Shown here piece after piece: positions 31,601-39,700 of a stretch of 64,000 nucleotides of DNA. The translations under genes were made by a program, and so were the position numbers. Position 1 is the stretch's first letter; each line of letters starts with the position of its first letter. Location of the stretch: positions 80 to 64,079 of the forward strand of contig JAEDFV010000001.1 in the NCBI GenBank assembly GCA_016297845.1. The letters run 5' to 3'. Source of the stretch: Clostridia bacterium (lineage in GTDB: Bacteria > Bacillota > Clostridia > Christensenellales > UBA1242). A model generated the notes under the pieces. The model was not told the origin of the DNA. It ran no database searches and saw nothing but the letters and a program-made list of their open reading frames with translations.

Positions 31601-33769
31601 AGTTATTTCAAAATTGCCAGAGTTAAAGTTATTTGCAACTTTAATTGAATCGGTTATTGACGAATTTTCCTTTGAGTAGAAGTTGATTGCTGTGCATTTA
31701 TCGAAGGTCAAGCAACCAAGGTTTTGTCCAACAAGACCACCAGCAACCTTTGCATCAACATCTCCAAACGCATAAAGTTCGAACAAGTTTGCATTTGTTT
31801 TGCAAAGTCCGATTATTCCGCCTGCATAATCTGCTCCAGCAATTGAGACATCGACATTAGAGAATGACGTTGTCAAATTTCCACCAAGCATCTGACCAAC
31901 AATTCCACCGGCATATTTCAATGTTTCTCCAGTTGAATTGAAAAGTTTGGTGTTTCCACGGAACACTGATGCTGAAGAAGAGTAGTAACCTTTCAAGTTT
32001 TCTTCAATTGTCTTTTGGGTTTCATTATCATGTTCAATTCCAAGTTCAAAAAGGTCACCATAACTTACACCAACGATTCCACCTATTGTATTTTCATAGG
32101 AAATTAATCTTTGGTTCAAAGTTGATTCAGTTCCTGTCAATGTGAAAGATGCGTTTGCAAGATAAGTGCTCATTCCAACATATCCAACAACACCACCAAC
32201 GAAACTTCCTTGAACAGAAATGTTCTTTCCGAAATATTTAAGGTTAACAGCATTTGGTTTTGTTGAAACATTTTGGTTATCCATGATACTTTGATAGATG
32301 TCCAAAAGTCCAATAACTCCACCAGCAAATCCGTAGTCTTTGTTCTTGTCAACAAAGATTCCGCCTTCATTCTTAAAGTTATCTCTCAAAATACTTTGTG
32401 TGTAAGTGTCAATGTCTTTTTCTGCGTTTTTATTTCCTGAGATAACAGAAATGCTAGACGTCAAACTTGAAACTTTAGAATTTCCAGTCACAGCACCAAC
32501 AACACCGCCAACAATATTTTGTCCAGTTATTCTTGAACGATTTTGGTCATCTTCAGAAACAGCATATACACTTACGTTGCAGATTGCCGAGTTTTGTACA
32601 AGTCCGGCAACTGTTCCAACGTAAATTCCAGAAATGCCTGATGACACACTCTTAACTGTGATTGTTACATTTTTAAATACACCACCACTCGATATTTGAG
32701 AGAAAATTCCAACAGAGGATTGCGTGTCAAGAGCAATTTCTACATTTTTTATTGTCAATCCATTTCCATCGAAAGACCCACAATTATCTCCACTGTTAGC
32801 TAAAAGCATAATTGAAGAAGCAATTCTTATGTTTTCAACATATTTGAGTGTTGAGAAATCTATATCTGAAACAAGTCGATAGTTTCCGAAAACAATTCCA
32901 AGATTCTTATCATACATTTGGCTAATTGCATAGTAAGCACCTTTTGTTAGAGTTGTTTCTTGTCCAAAAACTCTGTTGAATTCATCTCCTGTTCGAATTA
33001 TGATTGGGTTGTTTGCGCTTCCATATTCATAACCATTTAGATATGGGAATATATCTAAACTTTCTATCGAACTATAATTCTTTATAATTCTTCTAACAGA
33101 AATTGCTTTTTGATTTGCTGAAACAAGTTCTGGGAACAAACCATTCCAAGACCAGATTCCGTCATAATCATTTTTGCTCGTCATAGCAAAAGTTTGGAAT
33201 GTTGTTTCATCAAACGTTGAAATCTGAACTGCTTGAGCTCCAGTTCCATACTTATCTTCCAAAATTGAACCAGTGTCAACATTTTTTACCAAATAATAGC
33301 AGTCAACAAGTCCATCTTCTGAAAGTTGCATTATTTCTTCACGTGCATTTTTGCCTGTGAATGGCATTTGGGTCGTAAGTTCACCAACAATTGTTGATGC
33401 ACTGTAACATCTTTCAAGTTTTCCATCTGCTTGATTGTTGTATACAAACCCTGATACAAGTCTGCCTGTGCTGTCTCCAGCAAGACGAATATTTGAATAA
33501 CAATCTGTTATTGTTCCATTGTTTTGATATGCGAATCCTGCAGACGTGCCTTGGCTTACAATACCACCACCAGTTATGTTAACGCTTAAGTCAGTGATTA
33601 ATTTTATGCCTTCACTATAAGAAGTTGTTATAAGTGCACCAAGATTGTTATATAACACAAAACCGCTTGTCGCATTGAGTGATGCAGATGTTGTCATATT
33701 TGTAAGTGTTGCACTAGCGAAATATGAAGCAGAAATTAAACCATTGTTTTTAACAACGAATCCCGCCAT
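25646..33769 (-). CDS. giant GLUG-repeat protein B, 2707 aa; probably the C-terminal continuation of ORF A (separated by one in-frame TGA)
   Basis: 8,124-nt ORF with no signal peptide and no SD. Its ATG lies 3 nt after the TGA of ORF A and in the same frame. The N-terminus (MAGFVVKNNGLISASY...) continues the repeat array begun at the end of A. It holds many header-plus-GG-x-x-G-x-N-x-G-x-I arrays. Stop codon is TAA, 18 nt before ORF C. Confidence 0.75.
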   Translation of the reverse strand: MAGFVVKNNGLISASYFASATLTNMTTSASLNATSGFVLYNNLGALITTSYSEGIKLITDLSVNITGGGIVSQGTSAGFAYQNNGTITDCYSNIRLAGDSTGRLVSGFVYNNQADGKLERCYSASTIVGELTTQMPFTGKNAREEIMQLSEDGLVDCYYLVKNVDTGSILEDKYGTGAQAVQISTFDETTFQTFAMTSKNDYDGIWSWNGLFPELVSANQKAISVRRIIKNYSSIESLDIFPYLNGYEYGSANNPIIIRTGDEFNRVFGQETTLTKGAYYAISQMYDKNLGIVFGNYRLVSDIDFSTLKYVENIRIASSIMLLANSGDNCGSFDGNGLTIKNVEIALDTQSSVGIFSQISSGGVFKNVTITVKSVSSGISGIYVGTVAGLVQNSAICNVSVYAVSEDDQNRSRITGQNIVGGVVGAVTGNSKVSSLTSSISVISGNKNAEKDIDTYTQSILRDNFKNEGGIFVDKNKDYGFAGGVIGLLDIYQSIMDNQNVSTKPNAVNLKYFGKNISVQGSFVGGVVGYVGMSTYLANASFTLTGTESTLNQRLISYENTIGGIVGVSYGDLFELGIEHDNETQKTIEENLKGYYSSSASVFRGNTKLFNSTGETLKYAGGIVGQMLGGNLTTSFSNVDVSIAGADYAGGIIGLCKTNANLFELYAFGDVDAKVAGGLVGQNLGCLTFDKCTAINFYSKENSSITDSIKVANNFNSGNFEITEYSGENNEKTYDYRDFTLKISATETLVLHIVSKEEVAKTGIPIVGYDSNDGIKGSTYEGKVGKFEVFGKTCYVTNYVKEGDVRTLLIREQLANGKDYVAQYYYLDETTEDGTTEVVVVMYEDEDGELYDPSGNKVTFNPLGKTYYIDTLTYKVAKIGIQIVGYDSNNDIEGSTYKGKVAKFEVFGKTCYMTNGSNRTLLTREQLANDENYVAQYYYPSGTSKVVVMKEGKDGKLYDLSKNAITFSTSGKTYYIDTSTYKVGDNEKVGDNEIATYEFNEENNKVQTINLKTLSALVGTNYEGEKEKGDYSILYYNQPGDKAVFANKTFKYSGYNFVLGEVDGNPPAEEEENKFADNLTFTMSDYKGFELDSPVINKMFLGSFWDPSAWELREDRILPTIYFGVTAKVLYIEKPTDILKLSRYYKRDNVVIFGDNPTTTFNPYTYEPGKSSTYGEFEASELAGLTVDGEKLIFNFSAIEGSLQNSYEGAYFSKFFGTMYGEKEGAIILTGMTRAFFDNIAGAKISKLTFDGKVDGVTESSNVATAVLANTMTAQSQISDITFQNITINSPQAKIGVVAGEIIGVVDFGNITISNCKITSTSDGEQITETTYSKGWNQSTGKNETTENYNSYLVVYAGIVAGRFDNNTNAIAEISLVKVDKCSVTTPNTPLDMVYVGGMFGETSGSINYSYNNVSETTITVQDITDSESEKQKEVYAGGYVGYAQGTTAIVSDKTGYGKAYDKNSSEIESLVSDTILTKVSIELGQSKTANVGLLFGRINTLSTKIDENWKVKVDGSIYQAENKTINLINLGGIAGQVSNVTQFNNVDVTLKGKKDGDEPLSLQLVASEVVDSEGNPLPSSVGGLFGLIVGSSKVENVQFGSDLKVTAEGNSQKIFVIYVGGIIGHLNSTNKSTISNSKYSGTIDLTIPESGKCYAGGIVGFMGPKASIKESKVSGDIKINAKLSASLYVGGIVGWIDAGSGEGYSVSTNYAWGNIEIGKKDNPSWSKLSALNVGGIVGYVGNIGDIEGSITGNYSLTSMYVFATANNSKICAIVGNTHSEDYVSDGNYYCHQINLATDAKGKNLYYSNILSELTGDDKPLNGEVGEEKGTKLKPHENPSLTAGLGEGYYVLTNDRTLGSINKPSAVELNGHLVGDGHTITASGEQSIFGTINGYISGVKIKFTSKQFNGTDSKGNVTSVENGVPSGVADKNKGIIFALSVEVSGYTGNDFKLLAAEFGTIQGTVVAGVVGTNTGKIADTGVVLNVKSAYAGFIGNNTGVIENCYSTGAVHSGAQYAFCNGDGSPSAPSKGIVYNSFTAIKQAESNSVANGQNIVSNFFYDSDAVENFSNSSSGTGEETSNSVCKIGDLSGTNQIPLSDSNGLVWIKNSGYNFGYPTFKAGDVAGLKAYKGFEYLDIKTKDDDGPFYLPHVGFLKLMSGKTINKGNNYAFMTDMSMTDWKTITTNSGIINGQGYHIYGLNAVQFANENKGTIKNLALVYAPSSIDSVIDSNSGTLSGIIVSGATCTDAGLVNSNSGTIKNCQNYNTVSGGANAGGIVFEMTAGTISGCRNFGSVTASAKGNAGGIVGKVPSSSTVSITNCANFGSITGSIWVGGIVGDYFGHKDGFVEEKMDCTMSGNVGKQAGYFEIEGIPFEVRVYQEGTNLSPVQGAIFVKGTELVRTNLYNEGNGYSYTKSNVDIDETNYRYSISCKFEYKGPGIYTITMSVYFCSRFDLKANQCYNSGTVTGSYTPENTTGQSFSNYWNTLIGIFPAKYNYDEAKRGLDYSLHDVSINVYTGAGLAYALYNHKDKTINLMSDVDLSKYVWKPVSGFTGTFNGNGHKIYFGSNQNLFADDSVLTTDSDAYVVGVSENVGGKKIIASFTGTYSSGSGTPSGGGDTVTYYKIDDGANVLVFTTSGHNVSKWNYNYYSNNYFSGVIGQVQALINGKEFVLEDTNIELYTLERTVVDANNQKVTISTKNDAKFKKLC
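30791..30826 (-). repeat. perfect 18-nt tandem duplication (2 copies) inside ORF B
   Basis: ttcattatcgccaacctt at 30791..30808 and again at 30809..30826. It encodes KVGDNE-KVGDNE. Confidence 0.95.
30824..31495 (-). repeat. tandem duplication of a ~110-codon segment inside ORF B (copies of 117 and 107 codons)
   Basis: Protein copies: VAKTGIPIVGYDSNDGIKGSTYEGKVGKFEVFGKTCYVTN...GKTYYIDTLTYK and VAKIGIQIVGYDSNNDIEGSTYKGKVAKFEVFGKTCYMTN...GKTYYIDTSTYK. The DNA block cttatatgtt[a/g]atgtatctatgtaataagtttttcc recurs at 31145 and 30824. The plus-strand shadow ORFs 30962..31156 and 31301..31540 are near-identical. Confidence 0.9.
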
Positions 33770-33772
33770 ATC

Positions 33773-36700
33773 TCATTGACCAACAATAACAAATTCAACA
33801 AAATCAAGTGAGTTTGTGGTTGTTCCTTTTTCTGCATCATATGAAACTTTTGTGAAACTTCCTTTTCCACCAACACGACTGTTTGTTATGCTTGCGCCAG
33901 TATAATTTTCTACAACAAGTCCACCAATTATAACGTTTGTTGTATCAAGTTTGTGTTTAGTTTTTGTTGAGTCAAAATAAATTTTTATTCCGCCGTTCTT
34001 TATATCTCCGCCTTCAATGTCGAGCGAAACAACTTCACAGTTATAAATAACACCACTGTTATAAACCGCAATTCCACCGAAATTTACAGACTTAAAGATT
34101 GTTTCATCAACAATTATATCTTCGAGCAACCCATAGGAAACAGTTAAGTTTTTGAGTGTTGCATCTTCAGAGACATTAACAAAAAGTCCAAGATTTAGAA
34201 TATCTGTCGATTGTGACAAATTAAAACTTTTTATTGTGATAACTTTGTTATTTCCGTCAAGACTAGCAAAATTTGTCTTTTCAAAAGGAACAAAATTTTC
34301 CAACACAATGTCGTTCATCAAAATGTAATTTGTTGAAGCATATTGTTCTGATTCGCTTTGGAGATAAGTAACAAATTGTTCAGCAGTTTCAATTGGAGTT
34401 GGCTTGTCTTCATCTGAATACAATTGGACATTAATTGAGAAATTGTATGTTATGAAATTGTCTTGTTTTGTGTTTGGAAGTCTGTAGCCAATTCTAATTG
34501 TCATGTTAACGCTTCCAACAGATGTCCCAACAATTGTTAGTGTCGTCGCGTTTTCATTGTCATAGCGAATTGTGAAATATTTATTTGCTTGAGGTTCACC
34601 TGATTTTGAAATATAAGGTGTCATATCACTTGTATAATATAAATTATAAACTATATTTTTAGCATCAGATGTAAAGCCACCGCTTTCTTGTGCTTTAAAT
34701 TCCCTATCTGTGTTTAAAATATATTCATAACCTTGACTGTTACTAAACTTGTAAGCAACAGTTTTCAAAAACTCTTCTTTAGCATTATTAATTCTATTAA
34801 TAGATGACTCTTGTGAAGCAGAAATCATTTCAGGAGTTTCTGAAAGCTTGAAATTGAATTTCAAGTCTTTTTCTATCGCGGAAGGGGTGTCAAAAACATT
34901 ATCTTGTTCATCATTCCCTTCAATCGTTATCCCCTCAACAAGGAAATCCACAACTCGAATTTCAATGCTGTCTGTCGTTGATTCAAGTCTTCCATTAATA
35001 ATTTTTTGGACAATTGTTTGAATTTTGAAATATCCGTCGTCTTCAATTTCTGCATCAAGACCAACTGTCAACGTTCCGCTATAAATTTTCTTTCCGTTAT
35101 CTATTTCATATTCACTTGTATTGAAATATATAGATGCATAATCATAGGAAGATTCGCTTTTATCAAATTCAGAAAGGCCGAATGATGCAAGAGTTTGGTT
35201 CTCACCAACTGTAAGTTTCAATTCTGCAGTTGTTCCACGAGCGACAACCGCATCTTTTTCACCATTAATTGTGATGCTTGCAGGCTCAATAACTTCAGAA
35301 ATCAATGTTATTGTTTCAACTTTCGACAAGTATTCATTTCCGTCTTCATCAATTGCAAATATTTGGATTGTTATTGGGAAATATAGCCCTTCTTTAACTG
35401 AGTCCAAAATCTTTGTTCTAACATAAATGCTACCTGTTGAGTTGTTTGTGTTCTTAATCGTTAAGATATTAACATCGCGTTCACTGCTATAACCTGTTGT
35501 GGTTGAAGTTGAAAGGAAATAGTCCCCGCTCTTATACATTTGTTCCATAAGAACATAGTTTCCGTTAACAACACTGCTTGTTAAGACAATTTTTGAATAT
35601 GTTGCGTACGCTGGGAACAAATTAATTGACAAAATTCCACTGTCACCAGGAACTAAAATTGAACTTGGTTGGTCTTGAATTTTAATTCCACTTTCAGTTG
35701 ATGCATCATCTCTGTTATGATGTGTATATGTGACTGTAATAATTTCTTGAGGTTTGACGACAAGGTTAAATGATTTTTCAACATCACCATTGCTATCTGT
35801 CAAAACAATTTTGTATGTCTTAGTTTCGTTTACTAATTGACGTTGATTTTCCGCTATTGAAATCAAAAGTTTTGCCGAGATTTTTCCGTCATGAGCTGTT
35901 CCGTTTTTGATTGAAGCATTGAATAAGTCAGAATTATTTTCAACTTTTGTTTCTCCAAAATCTTCTGAAATCCAAACAATTTTTTCGTTTTCATCTATAA
36001 TTTTCATTATAAGTCTATCACTTGTTCTGTTTGAAACAAGTTCTGCGTCAACGCTCAAAACTGTTGAAGGATCAATTTCTGCCTTGTCAACAGAAAGTAA
36101 AATTCTTTCCGCGCGAACAGCGACCTTGAAATTAAATCCAAAATTAAATGCATCTTCAGAAACTGCTTGGAATCTTGCAATAAATAATTCGATAAATACT
36201 TGTTTTCTTTCATTAATTTGCTCAGAAGTCAAAGTTTTGAATTCTTCTTGATTCCTGATAAGTTCCTTTTTCCATTCGTTTTCTGCAAGTGAGTTAATGT
36301 AAGTTTTTTGATAGTCTATGTTAAAGTTAAAATGATAATCTTCGTCAGTCAAAACTCCATTGTTTGTTGAAACCGTAATCGTTCCAAAGGCAAATTTATT
36401 TGTTTCACTTCCAGCTGTAAGCCCCAACACTTCAAAAAGATTTACACTTTCGCCAGTCTTATAGGCAGAAACAACGTTTTCTTCTTCGTCAATGTAAGTA
36501 ATATCAATTTGTACTGCCAATGGATTTGTTTTCAACATAAACAAATTATGATTGAGAGAAACCACATTCTTGTTTGCAACAGTAAAGTAAGAAGGTCTGT
36601 CTTTGATAATTGTGACATCTTCTTTTCCATCTAAATTCTCGTTGGAATTTATTCCTTCATAAATTGAAATTGCTCCAACGGAATTAGTAACAAAAATTTT

Positions 36701-39700
36701 AATTGTTTTAGTAATATCAGAATCTTGGCTTGCCAACGACCTGAACAAAGGTTTTATGGTTATAGTTACATATCCAGTTCCGACTAATTGAAGTCTTCCG
36801 TTTACAATCTTAATAATATTGATATCGCTTGAATGGATTGAGAAATCTGCAATTGAACCTTCATATATTCCGTTTACATCATATATTCTCAAGAAATCCA
36901 CAAGTTCAACTGAATTTAATTTGTCAAGTTGTGCTTGAGCTTTAGTGTCCATTGCAAGGTCACTATAAGTTTCGTTGTAGAACATAATGTAATAGTCATC
37001 AGCAATGTAGGTGCCTTTTATAATTTTAGATTTATCAAGTTTGCTTTCTGGGTTAACTTCTATTTTATAATTTTCTACCCAAGTAGAAACTTTTGTTCCA
37101 CGAAGATAAGGCAAAATTCCATCTTCAAAGACCCAAACTGAATCGCTTTCAATCTCGTTTCCGCCAGCATCGTATAGATTTTCAATGTCCCAACCAACGT
37201 CTTTAAACCCTTGACAAGTTGATGGAATACCACTTGTTGAATAAAATGACTCAACCCCACCAAGAACTGAAGGCACCATGAATGCGCTGTCATGATAAAT
37301 TGGGCCAAGTGTCCTTAACAGGTCTAAAATCCAAACCTCTTGTTCATAATCTGTTCCCTTGATTTTCAATGTTGTAATTCCGCTTAAAATATCATCGTCT
37401 TCCATGAATTTGCTAAATAATTTAAGCATTTGATATTGTGCATTATAAATGGAATCAACATAGCCAAAGAAATTTTCAATGTTGCTCAAAGTAACGGTTG
37501 AAATGCTAGAAATTCCTTGAGCAGTGTCAATATAGTTTCCTGCTAGTTCGAGTATTGATTCTGCTTCTGATTTCCCGCTTTCACCAAAGGCTGTTTCATA
37601 AAGTGCCAACCACAAATCTTTTGTGCCGTAATCATATCCTAGTCCAGTGTCACCCGTCAAAGTTCCATTAAATTGACCTTTCAAGGTAGCCACATCGCCT
37701 TTCAAATCTGCAAGAGAATTGTTTATTTGTGGAATAATTATATTCTCAACAACATTGGTTATTGCCGTCTTTAAATCAGCATCTGTTTCATATGCGCCAG
37801 TGAGTCCAAATAATGAGCAATAAAGGTCTTTTATCATATCCTTGGTCATCTCGCCAGTTAAAATCTTGAAATCATCGAAGTAAGGATTATAGTAACTAAA
37901 TTTTTCCCAAACGCTTTCTTTCATGAAGTCATCAAAGTTATTATATAAACCAATTAAATATAACTTATAATACAATAAATTTAAGTCATTGATAGCCACA
38001 TGGTTAAGTGAAGAATCAAGAACTTTAACTGAAGTGTCGTATCCAGAGTAATAAACTACATCTGCAAAATCTTTATACTTTATAGTTTCTTCATCATAGA
38101 AATATCCATTGTAAGTATCGTTTTGAGATTCTGAATTCAAATCAAGTGAACCCATGCTACTGAATCTTATATTAGGGATATAATTGCTGTCGGTTGTGTT
38201 TCCAAAAGAATAGAAGTTTAAGTTCAAAAAATCACTATCAACGTTGACATCAAAGCACAGATTTAATTTTGAAACATCAGTTGATGAAGTTCTTTTGAAA
38301 GAATAGGTTTCAGTTCTCAATGACTCTGTTGTTTCTTCGCCAGTCTCTTGATTTATCTTTCTATATTTAATAACAAATTCCAAAGTCAAAGTTCCGTCAT
38401 TTGAAACTGTTCTTGTATATTCAACTACTTTGTATACGTCGTAAGTATTTTCATTTTCGCCAACTGTCTCATATATTTGATTCCAATAATTAACAATCGT
38501 TCTTGTAAAATTTGATTCTTCCGCTAAATTAATTGTTACTCCGCCTTCTGGATATACTCGAACAACTCCTAAACTATCTTCATAAGAAATAGAGTTGATA
38601 TACACTTCATTTCCTCGAAGCATAAATCTTTCTATGTTAAGATAGTAACTTGAAGTATCTTCGCTAGAATGTTTTGTCAACGACGTCGATAAAGTAAATT
38701 CATCACTTTGTTTATTAGTTGCCCCTTCGTTGTATGTTCTGCTTAAAGTTGCAACTTTATTTGGTCCTGTTACAAAAAGTATGTTTTTGCAATATAGTTC
38801 GTTATTTATTATACTTTCTGTATGGTAAGAACTATTGAAATTTGTTGCCCAAAGTGCGGCAGTAATGTCGTTAACCCAAACGGACACAAGCCCACTGGTG
38901 TCCAAAATTACATATGCAAGAACTGTGGACGACAATTCATTTTTGACGGCGATAGGAAATACAAAGGAACCATTGCTGGTGTAGAAACATCCATTATCAA
39001 GTGCCTCGTTCGTGGCTGCGGAATTCGCGATGTTAGCTCTGTGCTGGGCATAAGTATCGGCAAGGTCTTGAGCGTAGTTCATAAATTCCGTTTTAGAACT
39101 AAACCCAAACAAGTTTGCTATGACTGTTTGGAAATCGATGAGTTCTGGACTTACGTCGGATCCAAAAGCCATCGTGTATGGATGATTTACGCCTATCACC
39201 GCACTTCTGGTGAGATCGTTGCTCTCGTTCTTGGTAAACGAAACAAGCGAACTGTTGTAAAGCTCTATCGCCTTATTATAAAATTGGGTGTAACTATTAA
39301 GAGCATTGCTACTGATGGTTGGGATGTATTCCGTACCGTTTGTAGGGATTTCAAAATTGTTCATAAATGTGGCAAACAATTCACTAAGGGTATTGAAGGC
39401 AACAATTGTAGACTCAGATGCCGTCTTAGATGTGTGTTTAGAAAGACCTGTAATTTCTCCAAAATCCCCAGCAATCACGCCAAACGGATTGCAATCGTCA
39501 TAACTTACCTTAACTTGGGTGTTATTGTATCCTAAAATTTGCCTTTCATACAATTCGGAACACCACCCTTTATTTTGTAAATTCAATGTTGCTGTTCCGT
39601 AGTTGTATAAATCTTTGTAAGATTTTTGGCCTGCATCAATAATTTCCATTCCTTCAACATTGAAACATGAGAAAGCGGCAAAAGCATCTAAAAGTCCTGT

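Larger units (their letters stand above)
38763..39567 (+). mobile_element. IS1-family insertion sequence, 805 bp, complete (IRs, TSD, intact single-ORF transposase)
   Basis: Terminal inverted repeats match at 15/21 positions and start with GGT. The element is flanked by a perfect 8-bp direct repeat CTTTATTT. It contains a 237-aa IS1-type transposase ORF and is visibly more GC-rich than its flanks. Confidence 0.88.

Noticed and set aside
33773-33775. The in-frame TGA between giant ORFs A and B might indicate an alternative genetic code (TGA read as Trp or Gly).
   Set aside because: mutS (stop at 4107..4109) and miaA (stop at 1356..1358) end in TGA at normal C-termini. Long conserved genes (rpoB, rpoC, gyrA, gyrB, valS) are uninterrupted under the standard code. 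TGA therefore behaves as a stop in this genome.
33720-33775. Selenocysteine insertion at the TGA.
   Set aside because: Downstream of the UGA I see only a weak A/U-rich hairpin (GUUGUU-AAA-AACAAU). There is no SECIS-like stem with a G-containing apical loop. The site lies in a repetitive structural motif of a surface protein, with no redox context. No sel genes are visible in the window, so they cannot be assessed.
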